A stretch of DNA of 64,000 nucleotides, from the NCBI GenBank assembly GCA_038901695.1, contig JBCKPN010000001.1, forward strand, positions 1,105-65,104, given 5' to 3'. Source of the stretch: Usitatibacteraceae bacterium. Lineage in GTDB: Bacteria > Pseudomonadota > Gammaproteobacteria > Burkholderiales > Usitatibacteraceae. Position numbers and translations under genes: made by a program. Numbering within the stretch: position 1 is the stretch's first letter; every line of letters begins with the position of its first letter. Below, in pieces: positions 1 to 11,500 of this stretch. The notes under the pieces were generated by a model that was not told where the DNA came from, did not search any database, and saw nothing but the letters and a program-made list of their open reading frames with translations.

Positions 1-557
1 ACGGCGATAAACCGACCATTGACGGCGATCACCGGTGTGCTGCTCGCTTTGTAGAGCCCTGGCAATTGACGACCGCGCTTGATTTTGGAATCCACGGAAA
101 ACGATTTTTCAACCGATTCATATTGCTTAGGATCGACGCCTTGTTTTTCCAGCCACTTCAGCAGCGTGGCCTTGTTGCCAAGCATCACGCGCTCGTTAAA
201 CACGGCGGCAAACAGTTTTTTGTGGAGGCTGTCGAGTTTGCCCATGGCTTCGAGCGTGTAAAAAATCGGAATGCTGTCGATGCCGCCGGAATTGAATCCG
301 GCCGGGGCGCGCTTGAACTTGACATCAGGCGGCAGCTTCGCGACCCACGCCTCGAGCGCCGGCTCAAGGTTCGCACAATGAATACACCCGTAGTCAAAGA
401 ATTCCATGACTTCGATGGTGCCGTCATTCGGGGTTGGCTGTGGTGGATTAATCGGTGTCACGTCCCTCGGCCCTTGCGCCGCCGCAAGGCTGACGAACGC
501 GACCGCCGCGAGGCTGGTCAACGTGCGAATGAAAGAACTGCGAGAGAGCGTTTGCAT
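1..557 (-). CDS. dsbA: thiol:disulfide interchange protein DsbA (3' end cut by window edge)
   Basis: It is absent from the ORF track because it runs off the window. Reverse-complement translation from the ATG (complement of 555-557) reads MQTLSRSSFIRTLTSLAAVAFVSLAAAQG... This gives a signal peptide and the thioredoxin-fold motif FFDYGCIHC. The + strand ORF 66..608 is its antisense shadow. Confidence 0.8.
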   Translation of the reverse strand, partial: MQTLSRSSFIRTLTSLAAVAFVSLAAAQGPRDVTPINPPQPTPNDGTIEVMEFFDYGCIHCANLEPALEAWVAKLPPDVKFKRAPAGFNSGGIDSIPIFYTLEAMGKLDSLHKKLFAAVFNERVMLGNKATLLKWLEKQGVDPKQYESVEKSFSVDSKIKRGRQLPGLYKASSTPVIAVNGRFIA

Positions 558-604
558 TGCGAATTCCTGATCTGTAGAAATGCGGGAGCGGATGCGGTGA
601 ACGG

Positions 605-1198
605 TTAGTCGGGCTTGACGACGGCAGCGTTGATGCCATTTTGTGACAGCACACTTTTGATTCTGTTCACTTCTTCCTGACTTTTATACGGGCCTAGGCG
701 CACCCGATACAACGCGCCTTTGGCGGCAACGTTGACCGGCTTGACGTTGGCTTCAAATCCGGCGAAGGCAATTTTGGCCTTCAGATTTTCGGCTTCCAGC
801 TCGTTCTGAAACGCGCCGGCCTGCAAGAAAAGCGTTTCGTTTAACGACTTGAGTGGCACAGACTCCTTGGCCGCATCTTTGACCGGCTCGGCGGGCTTTT
901 TCGTTGCCACGTCCTTTTCACCGGGCAGCAGTTGATAGAACTCGAAGCGCGGTTTGTCCGGATTCGCCGGGTCAGTCTTGGCGGCTGTTGCGGGAGCCTG
1001 TGCCTTGATGGTCGGCAATGAATCGACCGGTTTGGTTTTTTCGACGAACGGGTTGGCGGTGCGGTTTAACCAGGTTGCTACGCCGAGTGCCAAGAAAATT
1101 CCCAATAACAGGCCGATGATGATGCCTGCGAACAGCGGGTTCATACCCGGTTTGCCACCGCCTCGCGGGGGCGCTTTTGGTTTCACGTCCATTGGCAT
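605..1198 (-). CDS. SPOR domain-containing membrane protein (cell-division/peptidoglycan binding)
   Basis: It has an N-terminal TM helix (LFAGIIIGLLLGIFLALGVATWL) and a Pro/Ala/Lys linker. The C-terminal SPOR-like segment reads LFLQAGAFQNELEAENLKAKIAFAGFEANV...YRVRLGPYKSQEEVNRIKSVL. Confidence 0.75.
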   Translation of the reverse strand: MPMDVKPKAPPRGGGKPGMNPLFAGIIIGLLLGIFLALGVATWLNRTANPFVEKTKPVDSLPTIKAQAPATAAKTDPANPDKPRFEFYQLLPGEKDVATKKPAEPVKDAAKESVPLKSLNETLFLQAGAFQNELEAENLKAKIAFAGFEANVKPVNVAAKGALYRVRLGPYKSQEEVNRIKSVLSQNGINAAVVKPD

Positions 1199-1200
1199 GG

Positions 1201-2865
1201 CTACATTCTCTCCGGCGCAGATACACCCAACACAGCAAGACCGTTGCGGATGACTTGACGCACTGCAACGATCAATGACAGTCGTGCCAGCTTCAGTGCT
1301 TCATCGTCAAGCAAGAAGCGCTCGGCATTGTAGTACGTATGCAATTTCGCGGCGAGTTCGCCCAAGTAATTGGTGACGATATGCGGCGACAGTTCGCGCG
1401 TGGCCAGGCTCAGCGTTTCCGGGAAATTGGCGATGGCTTGCAACAACGCGGATTCGTAGGGGGAAGTCAGCGACGACAAATCGACCGTCGCCAGCGTTGC
1501 CACGTCGCCACCCCACTGTTCGAGCACGCGACAAATCCGGGCATGCGCATACTGTACGTAATAGACCGGGTTGTCTTCAGAGTGACTCTTGGCAAGGTCG
1601 ATGTCGAACGTCAATTGCGAATCGGATTTACGCATGATGAAAAAGTAGCGCGTGGCATCACGGCCCACTTCGTCGATTAAGTCTCGCAAGGTCACGTAGC
1701 TGCCGGCACGCTTGGAAATTTTGACTTCTTCGCCGCCGCGCATGACGGTAATCATCTGGTGCAGCACGTAGTCGGGATAGCCTTGCGGCACGCCGATTTC
1801 CATTGCCTGTAGTCCCGCTTTGACGCGCATGAGAGAGCCATGATGGTCGGCACCGAGCTCGGTGATGGCGCGCGTAAATCCACGCTGCCATTTGCTGACG
1901 TGATAGGCAATATCCGGCACAAAGTAGGTGTAGGTGCCGTCGGATTTTTTCATGACGCGATCTTTGTCGTCACCAAAATCCGTGGTCTTGAGCCACAGTG
2001 CGCCGCCTTCTTCAAACGTATGGCCGTTTTTCTGCAGTTGCTCGACCGTTTTTTCAACGAGGCCGTCGGTGTAAATCGACGACTCGAGAAAGTGCACATC
2101 GAAGTGAACATCGAACGCTTTTAGGTCGAGGTCTTGCTCGTGCCGTAACGCGGCCACGGCAAACTTGCGTACGGTGTCGACATCATCGCCCAACGTATCG
2201 GCCGGAAATTCGCTCGCATAGCGCTCGGCAATTTCGACGATGTAATCACCGCGGTAACCGTCTTCCGGAAACGGCGCATCGACACCCGCGCGTTGTTTTA
2301 ACCGCGCCGCCACGGATGCGGCCAAGTTGTTGATTTGTGCGCCCGCGTCGTTGTAATAAAACTCGCGGCTGACGTTGTAGCCTTGCGAGCTCAACAAGCG
2401 CGCCAAGGTATCGCCGATGGCAGCGCCGCGTCCGTGGCCGACGTGCAGTGGTCCGGTCGGGTTGGCCGACACAAATTCGACCATTACCTTTTCGTGTTTG
2501 CCGTCGCTGGTGTGACCGAACGTTTTGCCTTGCGCCACGAGGGCTGCCACGATGCGCGTCTGCGCTTCCTGTGACAATCGTACGTTGATAAAGCCAGGCC
2601 CGGCGATTTCTGGCGCCGCCGCCAGCAGCGACGACGATGGTAGCGCAGCGACAATCGCCTCGGCGATTTCGCGCGGTTTCTTCCCCAACTGCTTGGCCAG
2701 ATGCAGCGCAATGTTGACGGCGAAGTGGCCGTGTTCGGGTTTTTTTGGTTTTTCGACCGCGATGGTGAACGGCGGGGACGCCAGCTTGAGTGCCGGATAC
2801 GCGGCCCACAGCGCTTGCTGAAACAATTCGGCTACGGCAGTTTTATTGTCTAAAGACGTCGTCAT
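1201..2865 (-). CDS. argS: arginine--tRNA ligase
   Basis: The class I HIGH-type motif [19 protein letters not shown] is present and the overall length fits. I prefer the start at MTTSLDNK (2865); the upstream in-frame ATG at 2892 is also possible. Confidence 0.93.
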   Translation of the reverse strand: MTTSLDNKTAVAELFQQALWAAYPALKLASPPFTIAVEKPKKPEHGHFAVNIALHLAKQLGKKPREIAEAIVAALPSSSLLAAAPEIAGPGFINVRLSQEAQTRIVAALVAQGKTFGHTSDGKHEKVMVEFVSANPTGPLHVGHGRGAAIGDTLARLLSSQGYNVSREFYYNDAGAQINNLAASVAARLKQRAGVDAPFPEDGYRGDYIVEIAERYASEFPADTLGDDVDTVRKFAVAALRHEQDLDLKAFDVHFDVHFLESSIYTDGLVEKTVEQLQKNGHTFEEGGALWLKTTDFGDDKDRVMKKSDGTYTYFVPDIAYHVSKWQRGFTRAITELGADHHGSLMRVKAGLQAMEIGVPQGYPDYVLHQMITVMRGGEEVKISKRAGSYVTLRDLIDEVGRDATRYFFIMRKSDSQLTFDIDLAKSHSEDNPVYYVQYAHARICRVLEQWGGDVATLATVDLSSLTSPYESALLQAIANFPETLSLATRELSPHIVTNYLGELAAKLHTYYNAERFLLDDEALKLARLSLIVAVRQVIRNGLAVLGVSAPERM

Positions 2866-2942
2866 GGCAAGGCACAAAACAGAATCGGCCATTATATCGG
2901 CTGCGACCCACGCGACCCTAGTGCTAAATGAAAATTCGCTGT

Positions 2943-3010
2943 GAAAGTCGTTTATTGGCGCGCTGTTTCACAGCATTTTGCTTCAAACAGCGCGCCAGTA
3001 AACGACTTTC
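2943..3010. repeat. long hairpin/palindrome (26-bp arms, one mismatch, 16-nt loop) in the priA-argS spacer
   Basis: The left arm gaaagtcgtttattggcgcgctgttt (2943-2968) pairs with aaacagcgcgccagtaaacgactttc (2985-3010). Confidence 0.85.
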
Positions 3011-3023
3011 AATATTTACAATG

Positions 3024-3148
3024 CTAGCCTGCATATTTCACGGTAGACCCAGTGCTGATCGAAGACCAAATTGGCTCGTTCAGATAAAGCCCTTATTCAT
3101 CACAGCAACCGTCGTGAACGGGGTCGACCCGTGAAATATGCAGGCTAG
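3024..3148. repeat. perfect 20-bp inverted repeat pair flanking about 85 bp (REP/MITE-like)
   Basis: ctagcctgcatatttcacgg (3024-3043) is the exact reverse complement of ccgtgaaatatgcaggctag (3129-3148). The right arm covers the priA stop codon. Confidence 0.8.
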
Positions 3149-5466
3149 ATGTCGATCGGGTCGACATCTAGCAGCCACCTCACTGCGCGCGCGTCTGCGG
3201 CGCGCAGTTGCGCAATCCAGACGCCGAGGAATTGTTGTAACGCGCGGCGCGTATCCGCCTGCACCATCAGTTGCTTGCGCACATAGCCGGCCTTGCGTTC
3301 GAGTGTGGCGAGCACCGGCTCCCACACGCGCACGGCGTCGCCAGTGTCGAGGCGTTGCGCGAGCGATTGCGCGGTGACCATAAACGCGTCGAGCTTCGCG
3401 CCGTCGCGCGACTCGCCGCGCAGCAGCGCGAGGTACGAATAGGGCGGCAAGCGCATCGACTCGCGCTCGGTCAGCGCAGCGCTGACGAACGCCGCGTAGT
3501 CATGCGTGGCGACCGCTTGATAGACCGGATGATCGACAAATCGGGTTTGAATCAACACCCGCCCGGGCAACTGCGCGCGTCCAGCGCGCCCTGCGACTTG
3601 CATGAGTTGCTGCGCCATGCGCTCGGCGGCACGAAAGTCAGCAGAAAACACCGCGCCATCGGCGTTGACCACACCGACCAGTGTCAGTTTTGGAAAGTCA
3701 TGCCCCTTGGTGAGCATTTGCGTGCCGACCAGAATGTCGATCTCGCCTTTCTCGGCGGCCGCAAAAATCTTTTCCGCGCTGCCACGTTTGCGCGTCGAAT
3801 CGCGGTCCACGCGTGCGATGCGTCGATCCGGAAATGCCGCGATGAGCGCGTCCTCAATACGCTCGCTGCCTTGCCCGGCCGCGTGAAGATCCGTCGCGCC
3901 GCATTCGCCGCAGGCACTGGGTGCGCGCGCTTCGCTGCCGCAGTGGTGGCACTTGAGACGTCTGGCGGCGCGATGAAACACCATGCGCGCACTGCAACGG
4001 TGGCATTCGGGCATCCAGCCGCAACTGGTGCACACCAGCGCGGGCGCATAACCGCGCCGATTGATGAATACCATTGCTTGCTCGCCGCGCTTGACCGTCT
4101 CATCGATGGCGCGAAGCAGTGACGGCGTGAGGCCGTCCGCGGCCTTCTCAGCGTCTAGATTGATGAACCCGACCATTGGCAACTCGGCGGACGCGACGGC
4201 GCGATCATTGAGCACCAATCGTGTGAAGCGACCGCGCGCGGCGTTGTCGAGCGTCTCGATGGATGGTGTCGCCGAGCCGAGCACCACCGGGCACTTGGCG
4301 ATGCTGGCGCGAAACACCGCAACGTCACGCGCCGAATAACGGATGCCGTCTTGCTGTTTGAACGACGCGTCGTGCTCTTCATCGACGACGATCAGCCCGA
4401 GTCGCGGCATTGGTGTAAACACGGCCAATCGTGTGCCGACGACAATATCGGCACGGCCATCGTGTGCGCGACGCCAAGCGCTGTAACGCGCAAGATTGGC
4501 CATGCCACTGTGTGCAGCGGCCACCTGATGTGCCGGAAATCGTGCCCGCACGTGTCGCAGAAAGGCCGGCGTCAAGTTAATTTCAGGCACCAACACCAGC
4601 GCTTGCCGCCCGGCTGCCAGTGCCAGCGCAATCGCTGCCAGATATACCTCAGTCTTGCCGCTGCCGGTGATGCCATCGATGACAAACGCCTGATAGCGGC
4701 CGCGCGGCGCGCAATGCGCATTGCCGACCGCATCGCCAATCGCCGCGACGGCTGCGCGTTGTTCAACGTTCAGCGTCGGCGCCAGCGATTGGACGACCTG
4801 CGCGGGGAATTGCGCAGCGTTTGCAACGTCTCCCGGTGTCGCGACGGGGCCGGCCGCGGCAAGCATCTCAATCCAGCCCTGATCGCGCAGCCGTCGCAGT
4901 GTCGCCATTGCAGTGGGGTGGCGTTGGCGCACGGCTACTGTAGTTTGCGGCGCGGCATCGAGCCACTGCAAGATGGCACGCTGCGTGGCACCACGCGCAC
5001 GCGCCTCAGCTAGTGCGAGACGACCTGCTGCGGTGATGCTGACCAACAACGGCACTGGGTCGGCGTCGGGCAAATCTTTAACGCCTCGTAGTACCGGCGG
5101 CAGCGCGTTAAGCGCGATCTGTCCGAGTGCAGCGTGATAGTAGTTCGCACAAAACTGAAACACGGCGAGGATTTCGGCCGACAGTGGCGGCAGATTTGAT
5201 TTCACCGATTCGATGGAACGCAATTTGTTCGGCTCGATGTCAGAGGCGTCGATGACTGCGATGACCATGCCGACCAAGCGTCGCGCGCCGAACGGCACCA
5301 CCACCAGCGAGCCGACCTCGGCGTGCAGATGCGCGGGCAGCAAGAAGTCAAACGCGTTGGCAAGCGGCAGGTCTAGGCCGACTTGCACGATGCGATGGCG
5401 CGGCGGATCCGCTGCCGGTGGCACAGCATCGCGCGTCACAGGGGTGGGCGGGGCGATCAGCGACAT
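3145..5466 (-). CDS. priA: primosomal protein N' (replication restart helicase PriA)
   Basis: It carries Walker A DGITGSGKTEVY, the DEAH-type box VVDEEHD, and the Cys-rich zinc region CTSCGWMPECHRCSARMVFH...CHHCGSE...CGECG. The start is placed at MSLIAPP (5466); the track ORF extends to 5583. Confidence 0.9.
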   Translation of the reverse strand: MSLIAPPTPVTRDAVPPAADPPRHRIVQVGLDLPLANAFDFLLPAHLHAEVGSLVVVPFGARRLVGMVIAVIDASDIEPNKLRSIESVKSNLPPLSAEILAVFQFCANYYHAALGQIALNALPPVLRGVKDLPDADPVPLLVSITAAGRLALAEARARGATQRAILQWLDAAPQTTVAVRQRHPTAMATLRRLRDQGWIEMLAAAGPVATPGDVANAAQFPAQVVQSLAPTLNVEQRAAVAAIGDAVGNAHCAPRGRYQAFVIDGITGSGKTEVYLAAIALALAAGRQALVLVPEINLTPAFLRHVRARFPAHQVAAAHSGMANLARYSAWRRAHDGRADIVVGTRLAVFTPMPRLGLIVVDEEHDASFKQQDGIRYSARDVAVFRASIAKCPVVLGSATPSIETLDNAARGRFTRLVLNDRAVASAELPMVGFINLDAEKAADGLTPSLLRAIDETVKRGEQAMVFINRRGYAPALVCTSCGWMPECHRCSARMVFHRAARRLKCHHCGSEARAPSACGECGATDLHAAGQGSERIEDALIAAFPDRRIARVDRDSTRKRGSAEKIFAAAEKGEIDILVGTQMLTKGHDFPKLTLVGVVNADGAVFSADFRAAERMAQQLMQVAGRAGRAQLPGRVLIQTRFVDHPVYQAVATHDYAAFVSAALTERESMRLPPYSYLALLRGESRDGAKLDAFMVTAQSLAQRLDTGDAVRVWEPVLATLERKAGYVRKQLMVQADTRRALQQFLGVWIAQLRAADARAVRWLLDVDPIDI

Positions 5467-5766
5467 GATTGCGGCACTAGCAAGACGTGTTTTCACGCGG
5501 GTTCCGCGCCAGTGGTGGAGGGCTGGTCGGCCTGTGGATAACTTTGTGCATACTTCCGTCCTAGTGGCGCTCGACAGCGACACACGCTGCGTTTTTTAAT
5601 CGATTGCGCGCCGCAACAACATAAATAAACTATTTAATTCAACCACTTGGCGCGGGTTCTTCATCAAGCAAAAGAAAATTGGCGAAAACGGGTAGATAGA
5701 GGTTGCTGTGCATAAGCAAGGACAAAAATTGCCAAGCCACAAAAAAAATTGCTTGACTTGGGCGTT

Positions 5767-6834
5767 TCAGGCATCCCTAGCACTGGCGCGGTGTACCGCG
5801 TGAACGAGTGCTTCCACATGGGTTGGATCGGTGAACTGTGAAATGCCGTGGCCGAGGTTGAAAACGTGGCCATTGGCGTTGCCGTCGGCGGCAAATTCGC
5901 GTAGTACCCGCTCGGCGTGCTGCTCAATGACCGCAGTGGGCGCAAACAGGGTAGATGGATCGAGGTTACCTTGCAGGCACACCTTGCCGCCCACCCGCCG
6001 CTTGGCGTCGCCCAAGTCGATGGTCCAATCGAGACCGAGTGCATCGGCACCGCAATCGGCCATGGTTTCAAGCCACAAGCCGCCGCCTTTGGTAAAAAAG
6101 ATGCGCGGTACCACGCGCCCGTCGTTGGAACGCTTCAACCCCGCCATGATCGTCTTTACGTAGGCCAGCGAAAACTCGCGATACGCCGCGTGCGACAGCA
6201 TGCCGCCCCAAGTGTCGAACAACATTACCGCCTGCGCACCGGCGTCGATCTGTGCATTCAGATAGGCGATGACGCTCTGCGTGTTCTTCTGCAGGATGTT
6301 GTGCAGCAAATCGGGGCGCTGATAGAGCATGGTCTTGGTCAATCGATAATCGTCCGAGCCGCCACCTTCGATCATGTAACAGGCGAGCGTAAACGGGCTT
6401 CCGGAAAAACCGATGAGCGGTACGCGGCCGTCGAGGGTGCGGCGAATCTGGGACACGGCATCAAACACGTACTGCAACGATGACATTTCGGCCACGGCTA
6501 AGCGCGCAACGTCGGCTTCATTGCGAATTGGGCGCTCAAATTTCGGCCCCTCGCCCTCGACAAAGTAGAGCCCCAAGCCCATCGCATCTGGAACCGTGAG
6601 AATGTCCGAAAACAAAATGGCGGCGTCGAGCGGAAATCGATCCAACGGCTGGATGGTGACTTGCGTGCAGTAGTCGGGATTTTTTGCCAGCCCTAAAAAG
6701 CTCCCCGCTTGCTTGCGCGTGGCGCGGTATTCCGGCAGATAGCGCCCGGCCTGTCGCATGATCCAAATCGGCGTGTAGGGCGTCGGTTCGCGCATCAACG
6801 CGCGCAAAAATACATCGTTTTTCAGAGAGGACAT
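5767..6834 (-). CDS. hemE: uroporphyrinogen decarboxylase
   Basis: The N-terminal signature [16 protein letters not shown] is present and the 355-aa length fits. Confidence 0.93.
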   Translation of the reverse strand: MSSLKNDVFLRALMREPTPYTPIWIMRQAGRYLPEYRATRKQAGSFLGLAKNPDYCTQVTIQPLDRFPLDAAILFSDILTVPDAMGLGLYFVEGEGPKFERPIRNEADVARLAVAEMSSLQYVFDAVSQIRRTLDGRVPLIGFSGSPFTLACYMIEGGGSDDYRLTKTMLYQRPDLLHNILQKNTQSVIAYLNAQIDAGAQAVMLFDTWGGMLSHAAYREFSLAYVKTIMAGLKRSNDGRVVPRIFFTKGGGLWLETMADCGADALGLDWTIDLGDAKRRVGGKVCLQGNLDPSTLFAPTAVIEQHAERVLREFAADGNANGHVFNLGHGISQFTDPTHVEALVHAVHRASARDA

Positions 6835-6951
6835 GGAAAAAACGCGGCAACAAAATGAGAAAGGCGCAATCGATTGACCGCGCCGTCACATTATCGCACT
6901 CACTCTGGCCACATCACGGCGGGGGAATGTCGCCGCGACGTGCATCGCCGC

Positions 6952-8391
6952 TTATCGCGGCAGTTCGCTGGTTCCCATCAGGAATTCGTCGACGGATCGC
7001 GCGCATTGGCGGCCCTCACGAATCGCCCACACGACCAGCGATTGGCCGCGCCGCATATCGCCTGCGGCAAACACCTTCGGGTTGGTCGTCTGATACGCCA
7101 TCGTGCCCTCAGTGGCGGCCTTGACGTTGTGACGCTGATCTTGCTCGACGCCCAACGCCGAAAACTGTTCGAGTAAACCAGCTTGAACGGGCGAGACAAA
7201 ACCCATCGCCAGCAGGATCAGATCGGCCTTCATTTCAAATTCGGAGCCCGGCACTTCTTGCATCTTGCCGTTCACCAACTCGACGCGGGATGCGACCAGT
7301 TTTTCGACTTTGCCGTTGCGACCAACGAAGCGCGTGGTTGCGACCGACCAATCACGTGCGCAGCCCTCCTCGTGTGACGACGAGGTACGCAACTTCACCG
7401 GCCAGTACGGCCACACTAGGGGCTTGTCTTCGTGTTCAGGCGGCATCGGCAGCAACTCGAACTGCACTACCGACGCGGCACCCTGCCGATTCGACGTGCC
7501 GACGCAATCGCTACCGGTGTCGCCGCCACCGATGACCACCACGTGTTTGCCGCGCGCACTGATTTGATTCGACACTTTGTCGCCTGCGACTATCTTGTTT
7601 TGCTGCGGCAAGAAATCCATCGCGAAATGCACGCCGTCGAGTTCGCGCCCCGGCACCGGCAATTCGCGCGGACATTCCGCGCCGCCGGCCAATATCACCG
7701 CATCAAGATCGGCCATCAGCGCCGAGGCCGGCGTGTCGACACCGATGTGTTGATTGACGCGAAACTGCACGCCCTCGGCCGTCATTTGTGTGATGCGTCG
7801 ATCGATGTGCGACTTTTCCATTTTGAAATCAGGAATGCCGTAACGCAACAGCCCGCCCACGCGATCACTTTTTTCAAACACGATCACGTCGTGGCCGACG
7901 CGTGCGAGTTGCTGCGCCGCGGCGAGCCCGGCCGGGCCGGAACCAACAATGGCGACGCGCTTGCCAGATTTGCGTTTGGGCGGCTGTGGAACAACCCAGC
8001 TCATCTCCCAACCCTTGTCGATGATGGCGTGTTCAATCGACTTGATGCCCACCGCATCGTCGTTGATGTTCAGGGTGCACGCCGCTTCGCAGGGCGCGGG
8101 ACACACGCGTCCGGTGAACTCCGGAAAGTTGTTGGTGGAATGCAGCGTGGTGAGCGCTTCTTGCCAATTCTGGCGAAACACCAGATCGTTGAAGTCGGGA
8201 ATGATGTTGTTGACCGGGCAGCCGGTCTGGCAAAACGGGATACCGCAATCCATGCAGCGTGCGCCTTCTTGCACCGCATCGCCGTCCGATAAATGCAGCA
8301 CAAATTCCTGGTAATTCTTGACGCGTTCGGCAACGGGCAGCGCCGGCTCGTTGAGGCGAGCAATTTCCTTGAACCCGGTGATTTTTCCCAT
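6952..8391 (-). CDS. gltD: glutamate synthase small subunit
   Basis: It has the N-terminal Fe-S cysteines CMDCGIPFC...GCP and [11 protein letters not shown], plus dinucleotide folds [14 protein letters not shown] and [13 protein letters not shown]. Confidence 0.93.
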   Translation of the reverse strand: MGKITGFKEIARLNEPALPVAERVKNYQEFVLHLSDGDAVQEGARCMDCGIPFCQTGCPVNNIIPDFNDLVFRQNWQEALTTLHSTNNFPEFTGRVCPAPCEAACTLNINDDAVGIKSIEHAIIDKGWEMSWVVPQPPKRKSGKRVAIVGSGPAGLAAAQQLARVGHDVIVFEKSDRVGGLLRYGIPDFKMEKSHIDRRITQMTAEGVQFRVNQHIGVDTPASALMADLDAVILAGGAECPRELPVPGRELDGVHFAMDFLPQQNKIVAGDKVSNQISARGKHVVVIGGGDTGSDCVGTSNRQGAASVVQFELLPMPPEHEDKPLVWPYWPVKLRTSSSHEEGCARDWSVATTRFVGRNGKVEKLVASRVELVNGKMQEVPGSEFEMKADLILLAMGFVSPVQAGLLEQFSALGVEQDQRHNVKAATEGTMAYQTTNPKVFAAGDMRRGQSLVVWAIREGRQCARSVDEFLMGTSELPR

Positions 8392-8580
8392 GCTGTGTAT
8401 CCGATTGGAATGACTAAAAGCTTGCTTGGAACCGCAGATGAACGCGGATAAAACTCTAGGAATGGCGGGCAGTTCCAGCCCATTTTGCTCGAAACTGCGC
8501 GCCCTTAAAGGACTTTGCGTTTTTATTCGCGCTCATCTGCGCTCATCTGCGTTGGGCCGCGGCGAAAGTTTTATTCGAAC

Positions 8581-11500
8581 TCATGCCGCTGCCTTTTGCG
8601 GCACCGTGGCACCGTGCTGCGCTGACAATTCTTTCAACGCCCGCCGATATTCGGTCGGCATCACTTTGACAAACTTCGGTAACCACACCGCCCAGTTGGC
8701 GACGATCGTTTTCGCGCGCTCACTCCCGCTGTAGCGTGCATGGCGCTCAATCAGCGACAACACAATATCGGTGTCGGCTTTGCCCAAGTGGCTATCGACA
8801 GTTGCCTTGTCTTGCAGCGCTTCGATGCTTACCATCGCTGTATTGCAACGATGGACGAATTGGCCGTCATCGTCCAACACGTAGGCGACGCCGCCCGACA
8901 TACCAGCTGCGAAATTGCGGCCCGTGGCACCGAGCACCACCACCGTGCCACCGGTCATGTATTCGCAGCCGTGATCTCCCAAACCTTCAACGACGGCCGA
9001 GGCGCCGGAATTACGCACGCAAAAGCGCTCGCCGGCGACGCCGCGAAAGTAGCCTTCGCCCGCCGTTGCACCATACATGACGGTGTTGCCGACGATGATG
9101 TTTTCGATCGGGTCGCCCTTGAACGCCGCGTTAGGCCTGACCACGATCTTGCCGCCACTTAAACCCTTGCCGACGTAGTCATTCGCTTGCCCGGTCAAAT
9201 CGAGTGTCACGCCGCGCGCCAGAAACGCACCGAAACTTTGACCCGCAGTGCCGTTGAGGTTGACCGTGATGGTGTCGTCGGCGAGTCCGGCGTTGCCATA
9301 GCGTCGCGCGACTTCGCCCGACAACATCGTACCGACCGTGCGGTTCTGATTGCGAACCTCCGATGCGATGAGAACTTTTTGCCGATGTTCGAGCGCAGGC
9401 ATGGCCTCGATCAGCAACTTGTTGTCGAGCGCACCGTCGAGACCGTGGTCTTGGGTTTCGTTGTGGTAGCGCGAGACCGCTTTGGGCATCGCCGGCAAGT
9501 GAAAGATGCGCGAAAAATCGAGGCCCTTGGCTTTCCAGTGAACGATGCCCTTCGCGGTGTCGAGCAAGTCCGCGCGACCGATGAGTTCAACGAACGACCG
9601 AACGCCAAGACTCGCCATGATTTCGCGCACTTCTTCAGCAACAAAGAAAAAATAGTTCACCACGTGTTCGGGTTGGCCGGAAAATTTCTTGCGCAACTCA
9701 GGATCTTGCGTCGCCACGCCGACCGGACAGGTGTTGAGATGGCACTTGCGCATCATGATGCAGCCCTCAACCACCAACGGCGCGGTGGCAAAGCCAAACT
9801 CGTCGGCACCGAGCAGCGCGCCAATCACCACATCACGCCCGGTCTTGATCTGACCATCGACCTGCACTGCAATGCGACCGCGCAAGCGATTCAACACCAG
9901 CGTCTGCTGGGTTTCGGCTAGCCCCAGTTCCCACGGCGTTCCTGCGTGCTTGATCGACGACACGGGTGAGGCACCGGTGCCGCCGTCGTGGCCGGCAATG
10001 GTGACGTGATCGGCCTTTGCCTTGGCCACCCCTGCCGCGACTGTGCCGACACCGACCTCGGAGACCAGCTTGACCGAAATTGACGCGCGTGGATTGGCGT
10101 TTTTCAAATCGTGAATGAGTTGCGCCAAATCTTCGATCGAATAAATATCGTGATGTGGCGGCGGCGAAATCAACTCCACACCAGGTGTTGAAAAACGCAA
10201 CTTGCCGATGTAGGCCGACACCTTGTGTCCGGGCAGTTGCCCGCCTTCACCTGGCTTGGCACCCTGCGCCATCTTGATTTGCAACTGATCCGCTGATTGC
10301 AAATATTCCGCGGTGACGCCGAAGCGTGCCGAGGCGACTTGTTTGATGCGCGAGCGCAACGAGTCGCCTTTTCTGAGTGCGATGTCGGTCACGACCGCGT
10401 CGCCTAATTTGCTCTTCAGCGTCTCGCCGTCATTTTCGACCGGAATAAATCGCTTCGGATCTTCGCCTCCTTCACCGGTATTCGATTTGCCGCCGATGCG
10501 ATTCATGGCAATCGCAAGTGTGGCGTGCGCTTCGGTCGAAATGGAGCCCAACGACATGGCACCGGTGGCAAATCGTTTGATGATGTTCTTCGCGGACTCC
10601 ACTTCATTGATTGCTACTGGCGGGCCGAGCGGCTTGAGCTCAAACAATCCACGCAGTGTCATATGCCGACGGGTTTGGTCATTGATGAGTTGCGCGTATT
10701 CTTTGTATGTGTCGTAGGAATTCTTGCGCGTGGCGTGCTGCAGCTTGGCGATGACATCCGGCGTCCACATGTGTTCTTCGCCGCGCACCCGATAGGCGTA
10801 TTCGCCACCGGCATCGAGCTGTGTTTGCAATACCGGATCGTCGCCGAAGGCTTTTTTGTGCAAACGCATCGCCTCTTCGGCAATCTCAAAAATGCCGATG
10901 CCCTCGATGTTGGACGCGGTGCCGGTGAAGTACTGTTTGATGAACGCTGATGACAAGCCCACCGCCTCAAAGATTTGTGCACCACAGTAGCTTTGATAGG
11001 TCGAGATGCCCATTTTTGACATGACCTTCAAAAGACCCTTCGACAGCGCCTTGATGTATTTTTTCTCGGCGTCCACCGCGTCGTAGTCGCCGAGGTAGTT
11101 GTGCATGTGATGCAAGGTTTCCAGCGCCAGGTAGGGATGTACTGCGGCCGCACCGAACCCACCGAGCAGTGCGAAATGGTGCACTTCACGCGCCGACCCG
11201 GTTTCGACGACCAGGCCGGTTGAGGTACGCAACCCCTTTCGCACCAAGTGTTGGTGTATGCCCGCGACGGCGAGCAACGCCGGAATCGCGACGCGCTCGG
11301 CGTTGATTTTTCGATCCGAGACGATCATGACGTTAAAGCCCAATCGAATCACGTCTTCGGCGTGCGCGCACAGGCTCGCCATCGCCGCTTCGATGCCTTC
11401 CGGCCCCCACGATGATGGATAGGTGATGTCGAGTTCTTCACTTCTGAGAAAGCCACCCGTGAACAATCCGATATGCCGGATTTTTTCCATGTCTGAGGTA

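Noticed and set aside
66-608. 180-aa + strand ORF at the window start
   Set aside because: It is the antisense shadow of dsbA. The - strand translation has a signal peptide and a CxxC thioredoxin motif. The + strand product is Arg-rich with no motif.
8529-8548. Tandem gcgctcatct x2 between gltB and gltD
   Set aside because: It is a trivial two-unit duplication in a spacer, with no associated structure.
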